A stretch of 64,000 nucleotides of DNA, taken from NCBI GenBank assembly GCA_963702435.1, contig CAVPCR010000005.1, forward strand, positions 64,001-128,000. Direction: 5' to 3'. The position numbers and the translations under genes are program-made. Below the pieces are notes generated by a model. The model searched no databases, was not told where the DNA came from, and saw only the letters and a list, made by a program, of their open reading frames with translations. The DNA is from Candidatus Eiseniibacteriota bacterium. GTDB lineage: Bacteria; Eisenbacteria; RBG-16-71-46; CAVPCR01. The first letter of the stretch is position 1, and every line of letters begins with the position of its first letter. Positions 28,175 through 38,093 of this stretch are shown here, piece by piece.

Positions 28175-28903
28175 ATGATTCTGCGTTCCTTCACCCGTAT
28201 GGCGATCGTGGCGGGGACCGCCGTCCTCGCGATGGCGGCGGCCGGCTGCGGCGGCGACTCGACGGGCCCCGAGAGCCCGCCCTATAGCCCGGTGCTCCCG
28301 GCCGCATGGGCCGACACGGTGAGCAATCCGTTCTTCAAGCTCACACCCGGCACGACCGCCGAGTTCGCCGGCCAGACCGATGAGGGCCTCGAGACCATCG
28401 TGATCGAGGTCACCGCCGACACGCGGGACGTGAACGGGGTCACGGCCACCGTGGTCCGCGACCGCGTGTATCTCGACGGCGAGCTGATCGAGGACACGTA
28501 CGACTGGTTCGCCCAGGATGACAAGGGCAACGTGTGGTACCTCGGCGAGGATTCGAAGGAGATCGAGAATGGCCAGGTCGTGAGCACCGAGGGCTCCTGG
28601 GAGTGGGGCGTCGACGACGCGCTGCCGGGGATCATCATGTGGAGCGATCCCGCCGCCCATGTCGGGGAGGACTACCGGCAGGAGTACTACGAGGATGAGG
28701 CGGAGGACTGGGGCAAGGTCGTCGCCCTCGACCAGGAGGTCACGGTTCCCTACGGCACCTTCACGGGCTGCACCCAGATCGAGGAGTGGAACGGCCTCGA
28801 GTCGGGCGGCCACGAGCAGAAGTACTACGCGCCCGGGATCGGAATCGTGCTCGAGGTCGGCGGCGACGAGCGCGTGGAGCTCGTCGAGCTCACCATGCCG
28901 TAG
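28175..28903 (+). CDS. Acidic beta-rich lipoprotein of unknown function
   Basis: Lipobox AAGC; EDTYDWFAQDDKGNVWYLGED, GSWEWGVD, KYYAPGIG. Confidence 0.8.
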   Translation: MILRSFTRMAIVAGTAVLAMAAAGCGGDSTGPESPPYSPVLPAAWADTVSNPFFKLTPGTTAEFAGQTDEGLETIVIEVTADTRDVNGVTATVVRDRVYLDGELIEDTYDWFAQDDKGNVWYLGEDSKEIENGQVVSTEGSWEWGVDDALPGIIMWSDPAAHVGEDYRQEYYEDEAEDWGKVVALDQEVTVPYGTFTGCTQIEEWNGLESGGHEQKYYAPGIGIVLEVGGDERVELVELTMP

Positions 28904-28974
28904 AGCGGCGCGCGACACCCGCCGCGGTCCTGACCCCGTTCCCGCCGGCGACAGGCTCGGTGCGAGCGTCGAGT

Positions 28975-30300
28975 TCAGTCGGCGACCACCATCTTCCTGA
29001 CGGCGGACTCCCCGTTCGCCTCGACGCGATACCAGTACACGCCGGCGGCGACCGCGCCGCCTCCGGCATCGCGGCCGTCCCACATCCACTCATGCCGACC
29101 CGGCGGCCGCCGTCCGGCGAGGAATGCGCGGATCGTCCTCCCCTGCACATCGTGGATGTGCAGCGTCACGTCCGCTTCCCGCGGCAGCGTGTAGGCGAGG
29201 GTCATCATCCCGCGGAACGGATTCGGGTGGCTCTCCGCGACGAGCATGGCCCCCGGGGGCGCGGGTTCGCCGCCGGCGACGGCGGCAGGATCGCCCGTGT
29301 ACTTGTAGACGGTCTCCCCCACCGCGTAGCCCACGCTCGTACCGAGGAACCGGAAGCGATTCACGAGGGTGCCGAAGCTCGCGAGCTGCCAGCTCGCGCC
29401 GCCGTCCGTCGACTCGTAGGTCGCGCCCGGCCAGCCGCCGATCCAGCCGAGCTCGGGCGTGACGAAACCGATGCCTTGCTCCTCGATGCCCGGTGGGAAC
29501 GGACGGTCCTGCCAGGCGGCACCGCCGTCGGTCGTCTGGAGGAAATAGGTCGCGCCGCTGTGCCGTTCGAGCGACACGTAACCGATCGTCGGGGTCGGAA
29601 AGGAGATCTTCCAGCACCACTCGCCGAGCCGCGGACCGACGTAGCGCGTCGCCCACGTGTCTCCGCCGTCGGTCGTGGCCAGGACGACCGCCTGCCGCGT
29701 CACGAAGTCGCTCCGTCCGCCGACCACGAAACCATGGTCGCGATCGAAGAAGAAGCAGTCGACGGCCGAGCGGGCCCCGGCGGCGAGGTCGATGGACTTC
29801 CAGGTCGCGCCGCCGTTCGTGGTCTTGATCGCGCGCGCCGGCGCGTCGTAGCGGCCGCAGGCGTAGGCCACCGAGTCGTCGACCGCCCACATGCCGCAGA
29901 TCCCGGTGGGCTCCGGCGGCGAGATGGCGGTGACCGGAGTCCAGGTCGCGCCGCTGTCGGACGTCGCGTAGAGGAGCGGATTCCCGAACAAGGTGCCCGC
30001 CCATCCCTTCGCCTCGTTCACGAAGGTGCAGGCGCGAAAGTACGTCCCCGGCAGGTGGAGCTGACGCTCCCAGCTGTCCCCGCCGTCGGTCGTCCGGAAG
30101 ATCTCGCCATCCCCGTTCACGACCCAGCCCCAGGTCGGCGAGACGAACCAGATGTCGTCATGCCGGCTGCCGGCCGGAGTGGCCGGGGCGTTGGGGAGAG
30201 TGGTCCAGCCGGCGCCGGCGTCGCGCGCCGGCGCAATGGAGACGAGGAGGGCGGCGAGCAGAGCGGCGGCGAGCAGGCCGCAACGTGGGTGTCGCAACAT
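28975..30300 (-). CDS. Secreted BNR/Asp-box (YCF48-like) beta-propeller with FlgD/T9SS-type CTD
   Basis: About 6 T-T-D-G-G-x-T/S-W Asp boxes; CTD HPNPF...WDGRD...AGVYW. Confidence 0.88.
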   Translation of the reverse strand: MLRHPRCGLLAAALLAALLVSIAPARDAGAGWTTLPNAPATPAGSRHDDIWFVSPTWGWVVNGDGEIFRTTDGGDSWERQLHLPGTYFRACTFVNEAKGWAGTLFGNPLLYATSDSGATWTPVTAISPPEPTGICGMWAVDDSVAYACGRYDAPARAIKTTNGGATWKSIDLAAGARSAVDCFFFDRDHGFVVGGRSDFVTRQAVVLATTDGGDTWATRYVGPRLGEWCWKISFPTPTIGYVSLERHSGATYFLQTTDGGAAWQDRPFPPGIEEQGIGFVTPELGWIGGWPGATYESTDGGASWQLASFGTLVNRFRFLGTSVGYAVGETVYKYTGDPAAVAGGEPAPPGAMLVAESHPNPFRGMMTLAYTLPREADVTLHIHDVQGRTIRAFLAGRRPPGRHEWMWDGRDAGGGAVAAGVYWYRVEANGESAVRKMVVAD

Positions 30301-30419
30301 GGATGGCTCCGGGCCCGGGCGGCCCTGCCGATCGGAGGCGGGCAGGGCGCGCCGGCGGTCCGTTCCATGGTACCGCAGTGCGGGGTCGCGCAAAAGGCGA
30401 GAGAGCGGAGATCAGTCGA

Positions 30420-31268
30420 TCAGAACAGGAAGCTCACGCCGAGGGTGGCCTCGATGTTGTTCGTCATCCGGCGCGTGAACTGGTTCCCGGTCTCGAAGCG
30501 GTGGTTGCGGAACTCGAGGCGGGCGCCGGTGTCGGGCTTGAGGAAGTAGGTCATGCCGGCGCCGGCGTTCCAGGCCAGCTCGGTCTTGGCATTGGAGGTG
30601 GCGGTGCCGATCCCGGCCGTCACGAACGGACTCAGACGGCGGCCGGTCAGGACGTGTGCGTTCAGGTTGGCCTGGTACTGGAATACCTGGTAGTCCCACT
30701 CCTCGAGCTGGAGGTCGAAGAGGTCCTCGACGAGGTCGCGGTCGCGGTGCACGCGCGTGAAGCCGACCCCTGCCTCGACCTCGAAGCGATCGCTCAGGTA
30801 ATAGCCCAGCCGGCCGCCGATGACCGCCGAGTTGGACTGCGACTCGGCCGAGTAGAGCCCGGTGACCGGGGTGAAGACGAAGCTCCGCTCGCGGTGATAG
30901 CGGCGCGGATCGGTCACGAAGTGCACGTCGGGGTCGAGGTCCTTGACTCGATCCGCAGACACCCAGCCGGTCTGACCGGGTTCGCACTCGACCGCATACC
31001 AGGTCCCGAGCCGCGCGACGACCGGGAGCTTCTCACCGGGCGCGGCCGTGGCGACGATCGCGTAGTCACCGCCGGGACCGGCGCGGAGGAGGACGGCATC
31101 ATCGCCGGCGACCTCGACCCGCTTGAGCGCGGCCGGCCGCTCTCCATCCCAGGGCGCGGTCGCGGACAGGTCCTCGACCCGCGGCTGCGCCGGCACCGCC
31201 GGCGCGCCGAACCCGGAAGCGAGGATGAGCGCCCCCGACACCCACAGCAACCGCCATCGCTGACGCAT
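30420..31268 (-). CDS. SH3b domain plus outer-membrane beta-barrel protein
   Basis: Signal peptide; LRAGPGGDY...WY.V....GQTGWV (SH3b); barrel strands; terminal F. Confidence 0.8.
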   Translation of the reverse strand: MRQRWRLLWVSGALILASGFGAPAVPAQPRVEDLSATAPWDGERPAALKRVEVAGDDAVLLRAGPGGDYAIVATAAPGEKLPVVARLGTWYAVECEPGQTGWVSADRVKDLDPDVHFVTDPRRYHRERSFVFTPVTGLYSAESQSNSAVIGGRLGYYLSDRFEVEAGVGFTRVHRDRDLVEDLFDLQLEEWDYQVFQYQANLNAHVLTGRRLSPFVTAGIGTATSNAKTELAWNAGAGMTYFLKPDTGARLEFRNHRFETGNQFTRRMTNNIEATLGVSFLF

Positions 31269-31299
31269 CGCAACTTCCTCCGAACTGGAACGAAAACGA

Positions 31300-31929
31300 T
31301 CAGAACGAGAGCTCGATCCGCCCGGCCAGCGTCGGGCTCGCACGCCAGCGCGGCGCGACCTCGAATTCCGTGCCGTCGAGACGCGTCTCGTTGAGACGGA
31401 GACCCAGGACTCCGCCCTCCAGGCCGAGAGCCAGCCACGAGCGCGGGGAGAACGTGACCCCGGCGCCGCCGGTGAGGAGCGGCGCGTCGACGTCCGCGAG
31501 GACGACGGCGACCGGTTCCACGCCCGGAAAGGAGAGGAGCACGGCCTCGCTGCCATAGTCGAGATGCCAGAGACCGCCGCCGCCGAACGCGTAGAGCGGC
31601 CACCCCGGCGCGGGGCGGAAGCGCACGGCGCCGGCGGCATGCCAGATGCGGACCGCCGGATCGGACACGCTGTCGATCCCGAAGTGCGCACGCGCCGCCC
31701 CGGTCGCGACCTCGGCGGCAAGACCCAGGCGGCCGCGCGGCTCCCAGCCGGCGGCCACACCATAGAAGACATCCGCGTCGCGGAGACCCGTCTCCACCTG
31801 CGCGCGATGGAGCGCGACGAAGCGAAGCACGCTCCCCGCGTGGAGCTCGGCCGGGAGGTCCGCGCGCGCCGGAGCGGCCGCGAGCGCGAGGACGACCGGG
31901 ATCCAGGGGAGCGCACGCGGCATCTTCAT
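31300..31929 (-). CDS. Small outer-membrane beta-barrel protein
   Basis: Signal peptide ...AAAPARA; LYAFGGGG, GGAGVTF; ends IELSF. Confidence 0.7.
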   Translation of the reverse strand: MKMPRALPWIPVVLALAAAPARADLPAELHAGSVLRFVALHRAQVETGLRDADVFYGVAAGWEPRGRLGLAAEVATGAARAHFGIDSVSDPAVRIWHAAGAVRFRPAPGWPLYAFGGGGLWHLDYGSEAVLLSFPGVEPVAVVLADVDAPLLTGGAGVTFSPRSWLALGLEGGVLGLRLNETRLDGTEFEVAPRWRASPTLAGRIELSF

Positions 31930-32516
31930 GGTCGTGCCTCGGCGCCCAGGACCAGGACGTCGTTCAGGATCCCGGCCTCCCTCCCGAGCGGCGTGATGAC
32001 GAGCGAATCGGGCTGGCCCTCCCGCTCGATCTCCTCCACATCGGCCAGGTAGGCGACGAGGAACGTGCCGAGCGAATCGCCGCCGGCGATCCCGGCAGGG
32101 AAGGGAAGATCGATGTCGCGAATCAACCCGCGGTAGCCGACGATCGGCTGCTCGGCGAGTCCAGCGCTGGTGCTCGCCGCCATCACCTGCGCCCAGGCCG
32201 CGGCATGGTCTTCCGCCTCTCCGGCGAGGAGCCCTTCGAGATCGATCGGGCGGAGACTCGAGGAGAGGCGGGCCTCGACCACGACGCCGCCCGTGAACCA
32301 GTCGCGGAAGGTCACCCGCGCCCGCGCGCTCGCCGGCAGGCTGTCCCCCGCCGCCGCTTCCGCCGAGAGCTCGACCCTGGTCAGGAGCTCCGCGGGCCCC
32401 GGTTCCTCGCCGCAGCCGGGCACGCAGAGTGCGAGGATCACAAGCCCCGCCATCGTGCAGAGCGCGTTCGCTCCGGCGCGGCGCGCGATTCCCGATGTGG
32501 AGAGCCGGCCGTTCAT
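31926..32516 (-). CDS. Hypothetical lipoprotein
   Basis: Lipobox VPGC; 4-bp overlaps with both neighbours. Confidence 0.65.
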   Translation of the reverse strand: MNGRLSTSGIARRAGANALCTMAGLVILALCVPGCGEEPGPAELLTRVELSAEAAAGDSLPASARARVTFRDWFTGGVVVEARLSSSLRPIDLEGLLAGEAEDHAAAWAQVMAASTSAGLAEQPIVGYRGLIRDIDLPFPAGIAGGDSLGTFLVAYLADVEEIEREGQPDSLVITPLGREAGILNDVLVLGAEARP

Positions 32517-34204
32517 CGCAGGATGACGAGCTTGTGGCTCGGCGCCGTCTCACCGTCGGCGCGGAGGGTCAGGAAGTAGACGCCGGAGGAGAGACGCTCG
32601 CCGCCGCCGGTGGTCCCGTCCCAGTGCACGACGTGCTGGCCGGGGAGCGCGTCCCCCGCCGCGAGCCGGTGGCGCAGGCGACCGCTCACGTCGACCACAT
32701 CGAGCGCGAGCGTGCTGGTGGCGGCCGGCACGAAGAAGCGAATCGCGGTCGCCCCATCGCCCGCCCGGAGCGGATTCGGCCAGGCGCCGGCGACCGCCAT
32801 CCGGGCCTCTGGCGCCCCGGGTTCGCCGAGACCGACGGCGGCATGGGCCACGCCGCCATCGGCGTAGAGCGAGCGCGCCTCGAGCTCGAAGGCGACCCCG
32901 TCGCGGACCGGCGCGCCGGACTCGTCGCGGCCGTCCCAGATCCACTCGCGCCGCCCGGCGGCGACACGCCCGAGCGCGGCCCGCCGCACCACGCGGCCGG
33001 CCGCCGTCACGCGCACGTCGACCTCCGCATGATCGGTCAGGAGGAAGCGCACGGCGGCGCCGCCGCCCGCGGGCTCGGCGGCGAGCTCGCGCGCCTCGAC
33101 GCCGAGGGTGAGGCGGCTCGCCCCGCTCGCCTCGTCCCAGTCCTCGAGCACGTGCAAGCTCCCGTATCCCGCGAAGCTCCGCGTGCCGTGCCGGTGATCG
33201 GTGATCGTGAGGAAACCCACCGCGAGGTCGCGCACGCCGGGAAAGGCCGCGCGCTCCGTGGCGATGACGGGCGCCAGTTCGCGATCGAGCTTCACGATCC
33301 GGCCGGCGCCACGGAGCGCCGCGTACACGTTGCCCCAGGCATCCGTCGCCACGCTCCGCACGTCGGGTCCGACGTTCTGGGCGTCGATCCACCCGATGCC
33401 GGCCCCGTCCCGCTCGAGATGAACGATGCGGCCGTTCCCCCAGTCGGCGACATAGAGATCCGGCGTGTGGACGCCGTCCTGCCGGCCGACCTCGATGTCG
33501 CGCGGCGCCAGGAACTGGCCGCTCCCGTTGCCACGGGTCCCGAAGGCGGCAAAGAGCGTGGCCCCGGTCCGGCCGAGGCGGTAGCCGGCGATGCGATGGG
33601 CGCCGGCATCGACCACCCACAGGAGATCGTCGCTCGCGTCGAGCGGCGTCGTGCCGCCATCCCAGGCCACGCCGGCCGGCCGCTCGAATCCGGTGATGGC
33701 GAACTCGGGCTCGAGCCGGAGATCCGCCCCGTCGCCGCGGAGCGCGAGCACGACGACGCGCCTGTTGAGCTCATCGGCCACGAAGATGCGGCCGTCGGGA
33801 TCGCGGTCGATGCCGGCGGGCCCGCGGAGCGGTCCGAGCGCGGTGCCCGCGCCGTCGAAGACATGAATGGCCCCGCCCGGTTCGCCGAACAGGATCCGGT
33901 TCCAGGCGGCATCGGTCACGAGCTGGACGTACCGCGCCCTGACGAAGGGATAGCGGTCGAAGACCTCGACCCGGCCGACGAGCGTCGCTCCCGCCGGGTC
34001 GCGGAAGAGATCGCGGCCGAGCTCGGCGCGGGCCACCGCGCGCGTGAGGTGCGTGATCTCGGCGCCGGGGAGGAGCGGCGCCCGGGCGAGCGAACGGTCG
34101 GCGGCGCCGGCCGCCGGGGCCGCCGCGCCCGCGGCCAAGAGGCCGCTCACGACGAGGGCGAAGCGGACGCGGGACGGATGGTGGCTGGACTTCTCGGTGC
34201 GCAT
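32513..34204 (-). CDS. Secreted NHL-repeat beta-propeller with tandem FlgD-Ig/T9SS-type domains
   Basis: GPAGI..D.DGRIFVADELNRRV, GSGQFLAPRDI, LYVADWGNGRI; WDGRDESG and PNPL...WDG...SSGVYF. Confidence 0.85.
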   Translation of the reverse strand: MRTEKSSHHPSRVRFALVVSGLLAAGAAAPAAGAADRSLARAPLLPGAEITHLTRAVARAELGRDLFRDPAGATLVGRVEVFDRYPFVRARYVQLVTDAAWNRILFGEPGGAIHVFDGAGTALGPLRGPAGIDRDPDGRIFVADELNRRVVVLALRGDGADLRLEPEFAITGFERPAGVAWDGGTTPLDASDDLLWVVDAGAHRIAGYRLGRTGATLFAAFGTRGNGSGQFLAPRDIEVGRQDGVHTPDLYVADWGNGRIVHLERDGAGIGWIDAQNVGPDVRSVATDAWGNVYAALRGAGRIVKLDRELAPVIATERAAFPGVRDLAVGFLTITDHRHGTRSFAGYGSLHVLEDWDEASGASRLTLGVEARELAAEPAGGGAAVRFLLTDHAEVDVRVTAAGRVVRRAALGRVAAGRREWIWDGRDESGAPVRDGVAFELEARSLYADGGVAHAAVGLGEPGAPEARMAVAGAWPNPLRAGDGATAIRFFVPAATSTLALDVVDVSGRLRHRLAAGDALPGQHVVHWDGTTGGGERLSSGVYFLTLRADGETAPSHKLVILR

Positions 34205-34244
34205 GGACTCATCTCCGGTCGGGCGATGCAACTCAAGATGACGA

Positions 34245-35393
34245 TCAGAACGTGACCTGGATCCCCGTCTCGATGACGCTCGCCGCGAAGTCGGTCGAGG
34301 TGTAGTAGCGTTCGACCTTGAGCAGGAGGTCGGCGGCGCTGAACACGCTGTCCAGGTGCAGCAGATGGAGCGCCGGCACCTCGAGCTTCACCCCGAACAG
34401 GTTCGAGGCGAGCGCCGCGAGCTTGTAGTCGGAGGTCAGATAGCCGTCCACTCCGCGCGGATCGGCGTAGTCGTCCCGATAGAAGTAGGCGCTCCCCTGG
34501 TTGTAGTAACGGTAGCGGTAGCGCACGATGGCGGCCTCCCCGATCACCTGCTTGAACTCGAGGCTGCCGGTGTGCGATTGCACCTGCCAGTCGTCCCGGT
34601 AGAAGCGATAGCCGAGGCGCAGCGAGCTCCGGGTGTCCAGGTAGCGGATGATCTCGGCGGACATGGCGCTCCGCAGCCGCTCGCGCGGATGCACCTCGGC
34701 CACGATGGCCGAGTCGGTGCGCACGCTGCGATAGGGATTGGCCTGGAAGCCGCGCACGCTGCCCACCTCGAGCGCGACGCGACTCTGGGTGCGGAGGTCG
34801 AGCGTCTGCTGCCAGGTGCCGACGGCCGAGAGACTGGTCCGCCGGTCCGCCTGCGCCGCGCTTCCCTCCTCGACCACCGGCCGGATCGAGTCCCAGCCGA
34901 AGGCCCCGTCCACCGCGAAGAGCGTGCTCTCGCCGGCGAGCACGCGCTGCCAGGACACCCCCGCCTGGTGCGCCCGCCAGTCCTCCTCCGCGCTGAGATA
35001 GAAGGTGCCGGTGATCTCGCCGGCGCCGACCGCACCCTCGAGCTGGTGGCGCCGCTTCTCGTAGTTCGCCGATTCCTGGTAGACCCCGCTCACGGGGCGG
35101 GAGGCCGTGGTCAGCGCATCGAGGTGCTCCTCGGATCCGGGTACGCCGGCGATGGCCGGCATCGACACCATGTCGAGCGAGTAGGTGACGGCCATACGTC
35201 CGTCGCCGGCCAGGAACGGCCGCGCCGCATCGAAGCTGGTGGTCGAGACGCTCGTGCCCTGGTTGTCCGAGAAGTAGTGCCAGCGAAAGTCGAGGGTCTC
35301 GCCGTCTCCGCGCGCGGAAGCGGGCCCGAGGGCGAGAGCGCCGGCGAGCGTGATGGCGACAAGCGCCGGCCGCGATGTCAGATGGCGCCGCAT
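34245..35393 (-). CDS. DUF3570-like outer-membrane beta-barrel protein
   Basis: Signal peptide; GFQANPYR, EVHPRERLR, YRFYRDDWQV.SHT, YRYYNQGSAYFY, TSDYKL; terminal F. Confidence 0.8.
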   Translation of the reverse strand: MRRHLTSRPALVAITLAGALALGPASARGDGETLDFRWHYFSDNQGTSVSTTSFDAARPFLAGDGRMAVTYSLDMVSMPAIAGVPGSEEHLDALTTASRPVSGVYQESANYEKRRHQLEGAVGAGEITGTFYLSAEEDWRAHQAGVSWQRVLAGESTLFAVDGAFGWDSIRPVVEEGSAAQADRRTSLSAVGTWQQTLDLRTQSRVALEVGSVRGFQANPYRSVRTDSAIVAEVHPRERLRSAMSAEIIRYLDTRSSLRLGYRFYRDDWQVQSHTGSLEFKQVIGEAAIVRYRYRYYNQGSAYFYRDDYADPRGVDGYLTSDYKLAALASNLFGVKLEVPALHLLHLDSVFSAADLLLKVERYYTSTDFAASVIETGIQVTF

Positions 35394-35407
35394 GGCTCGG
35401 TCGATCC

Positions 35408-35623
35408 TCAGTAGCAGGCGCAGCCGCCGGCTGCTCCGCCGTACCCGCCGGTCGAGGCCTCGAGCGTCTCGATCCAGTGCTGCTCGTGGGCCCACTCGCG
35501 CGAGTCGGGAGCCATCTGCATGACGGGCTCGGACAGCATCTCGCGCTGGATCGGGGTGACATGGGCGCAGCCGGCCGCGAGGAACAGGACCGCGGCGAAC
35601 GAGAAGAGCACACGCTTCGACAT
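35408..35623 (-). CDS. DUF4266-like small lipoprotein
   Basis: Lipobox AAGC; V.P.QRE.L..PVM; C-terminal EASTGGYGGAAGGCACY. Confidence 0.85.
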   Translation of the reverse strand: MSKRVLFSFAAVLFLAAGCAHVTPIQREMLSEPVMQMAPDSREWAHEQHWIETLEASTGGYGGAAGGCACY

Positions 35624-35625
35624 GA

Positions 35626-36141
35626 CTAATCGGCCTCCGCGGCGAGGAGCGCGCGCGCCTCCGCGCGGATGCGCGCGAGGCTCTCCGCGCCGGAACCCAC
35701 GATGCGTCCTCGCTCCGCCCCCGTTGCATCGAGGAGGAGCGTGGTCGGAATGCCCGTGATGCCGGCCGCCGTCGCCGAGCGCGCACCCGGGTCGTAGGCG
35801 GCCTCGCCCTGATAGCCGAGGCCCTCGAGGTGACGAGCGGCCTTCGCCGGCGTGCGATCCACGCTCACGAGGAGGAGCTCGCCGCCGGCCGGCTCGAGCT
35901 CGGCGCCGAGCTCGATGAGCGCGGGCATCTCGGTCCGGCAGGAAGGACACCAGGTCGCCCAGAACCCGACGATGAGGACGCGCCCGGGCAACACGGGTCC
36001 CGCGTAGCGCGCGCCGCGCGCGTCGGTGAGGGCCAGCCCCGCGAGGGGGTCGGCGGCGCCGCCGGCCGGTGCGGCCGCGGCGGCGGGCGGAAGAGCCATC
36101 ACGAGAATCGCGAGGGCGAGTCCCCAGGCCAGGGTTCTCAT
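35626..36141 (-). CDS. TlpA/ResA-family exported thiol-disulfide reductase
   Basis: FWATWCPSCRTEMP, GIPTT; signal peptide. Confidence 0.92.
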   Translation of the reverse strand: MRTLAWGLALAILVMALPPAAAAAPAGGAADPLAGLALTDARGARYAGPVLPGRVLIVGFWATWCPSCRTEMPALIELGAELEPAGGELLLVSVDRTPAKAARHLEGLGYQGEAAYDPGARSATAAGITGIPTTLLLDATGAERGRIVGSGAESLARIRAEARALLAAEAD

Positions 36142-38093
36142 TCGTACTGCCCTCCGAGGTCGATCCAGCGGAAGAAGGTGGTCATCTCCGCCGGTGTGAG
36201 CTGCCGGCTCGGATCGAGCTCGCCCGGATGGGGAGTCAGACCCTGGTTGGCGCCGACGCCCATGATCGCGTCGACGAGCGGGCTCTGACGGCTGAAGGGT
36301 ACGGTCACGAACTCGCTCCGCCCCATCATCTCGTCACCGACGAGGCTCAGGTACGCGATCGGGAAGCCCTCCTCGGACTCGGGATCCGCGGCGAGACGCA
36401 GATCGAGCCCCGCCGGAGCCGGGATCGTGTCGGGCGGCGCGGTCGAGATGGTGGGCACATGGCAGCCCACGCACTTGGCGGCGATGATCGGGGCCACCGC
36501 GTCGCGGAAGTTGACGACCTGGCGCTCCGCGACCGGCACCACCAGATCGTGCGGCGTGATGGTCGCCGCCAGCGGGTTCTGGTTCGACGGCACCGAGCCG
36601 TCGCGCGGCGCATGGCAGCCGGCGCAGAAGGTGCGCCGCTCACCCGGCCGCACATAGACCCATGTGCGCTGGAAGACGCGCGTCCGCCCGAGCTCATCGA
36701 GCGTGTGCACCGAGAGCGGCGTGTTCGCCGGAACCTTGATCGCGAAGGAACCGTCGGACTCGACCGGCGCGAAGCCGATGATCCGCTTGCGCTCGAACTC
36801 GGTAGCCGACACCTCCATCGAGCCCATACCCTCGGTCGTCGGCACGCCCTCGACGATCATCACCTGCGACACGGAGCCGCGTTCGGGGCGCTCCTGGCCG
36901 TCGAAGCCGCGGGCGTAGATGTCCTCGCCGACGAAGGTCCCCCAGTCGAGGCTCTCGTCCACGGTGGACGCGAGGAGCGGCGGCCGCGGGCGCGCGGCCA
37001 CGAGCTGCGCGTCCAGCTCGTCGGTGGCCGGGTCGTTCCAGAGGAGCGTCAGATCCTGCATCTCCTCGCCGCCCGCGGCATTGCGACCGACCGCGAAGGC
37101 GTAGAGGGCGAAGTCCACCTCGTCATCGGTGGCGGCCGGCAGCGTGTAGGAGACCACGTACTGCCGCCTTCCATCCTGGTCCGGGAGGACGTTCGGATGC
37201 TTGAAGGCGCCGGTCGGATAGGGCGGGCCCTCGAGCGTGATGTCCGGCGTCAGGACCGTGTAGTTCTCGGCGGTATGCTGTTCGGGATCGCCGCTCGCGA
37301 TCGACATGAGGACGACCTGGCCGGCGTCGCCGTTGACGCGGGTCGAGTTGATACCGATGAACCGCCCGTCGCGGGTCTCCTGCCCGTGAAAGATGTTGCG
37401 ATCGTGCGGGCCGAAGAGCAGGAAGAAGGAGGTCCCGTCCGGATTGACCTGGGAGAGCGGGAAGCGGTTGGCCGTGCCGTGATGCTCCCAGCGCGTGTAG
37501 GCGACCCGCCCGGTCGAGAGCAGGAAGGGGTCGAAGTCATCGGAGAGGTTGAACGAGATCCGGCGCAGGTCCGAGCCGTCGGCATTGCAGGTGTAGAGCA
37601 CCTCCTTCTGCGCCGAGTTGTACTCGTCCCGTTCCCGATCGCGGTTCGACGTGAAGAGGATGCGGCCGTCGGCGAGATAGACCGGGTCGAAGTCGTCGCC
37701 GCCCCCGCTCGTGATCCGGCGGAGTCCGGTGCCGTCGATCCCGATCTCGTAGATGCTGCGCGGTTCCGACCCGGCCGGGTCCATCGAGAAGAGCACGGTC
37801 CGCGCATCGAAGGAGACGCAGGGATCGGAGATCGCGGCCCCCTCCATCCCGGTCAGGTTGCGCACCCGCCCGTTGGGCGAGATCGGGGAGAGGACATGGA
37901 GGTTGGACTCGATCCCGCCGTCGTTGAGCGTCTCGGCGCGTTCAGCCTTGACGAAGACGAGCGCCCCGGTGCCGCCGCCGTCATCGAACACGTCGTCCGG
38001 CGCGGAGCCGTTGCAGGCCGTGAGGCAGAGACCGAGCGCGGCGGCGGTGAAGGCGGCGCGCCGCGACCCGGAGAGCGATGGCTGGCGATTCAT
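36138..38093 (-). CDS. Hydrazine-synthase-alpha-like lipoprotein (PD40 propeller + middle domain) with two c-type heme motifs
   Basis: Lipobox LTAC; DFDPVYLADGRILFTSNR, YTRWEH, PVESDGSFAIKVPANTP...LDELG...VRPGERRTFCAGCH; second motif CVGCH. Confidence 0.8.
   Translation of the reverse strand: MNRQPSLSGSRRAAFTAAALGLCLTACNGSAPDDVFDDGGGTGALVFVKAERAETLNDGGIESNLHVLSPISPNGRVRNLTGMEGAAISDPCVSFDARTVLFSMDPAGSEPRSIYEIGIDGTGLRRITSGGGDDFDPVYLADGRILFTSNRDRERDEYNSAQKEVLYTCNADGSDLRRISFNLSDDFDPFLLSTGRVAYTRWEHHGTANRFPLSQVNPDGTSFFLLFGPHDRNIFHGQETRDGRFIGINSTRVNGDAGQVVLMSIASGDPEQHTAENYTVLTPDITLEGPPYPTGAFKHPNVLPDQDGRRQYVVSYTLPAATDDEVDFALYAFAVGRNAAGGEEMQDLTLLWNDPATDELDAQLVAARPRPPLLASTVDESLDWGTFVGEDIYARGFDGQERPERGSVSQVMIVEGVPTTEGMGSMEVSATEFERKRIIGFAPVESDGSFAIKVPANTPLSVHTLDELGRTRVFQRTWVYVRPGERRTFCAGCHAPRDGSVPSNQNPLAATITPHDLVVPVAERQVVNFRDAVAPIIAAKCVGCHVPTISTAPPDTIPAPAGLDLRLAADPESEEGFPIAYLSLVGDEMMGRSEFVTVPFSRQSPLVDAIMGVGANQGLTPHPGELDPSRQLTPAEMTTFFRWIDLGGQYE

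Noticed and set aside
36138..38093. Anammox hydrazine synthase
   Set aside because: No beta or gamma subunit genes, and the lipoprotein/TlpA/DUF3570 context differs.
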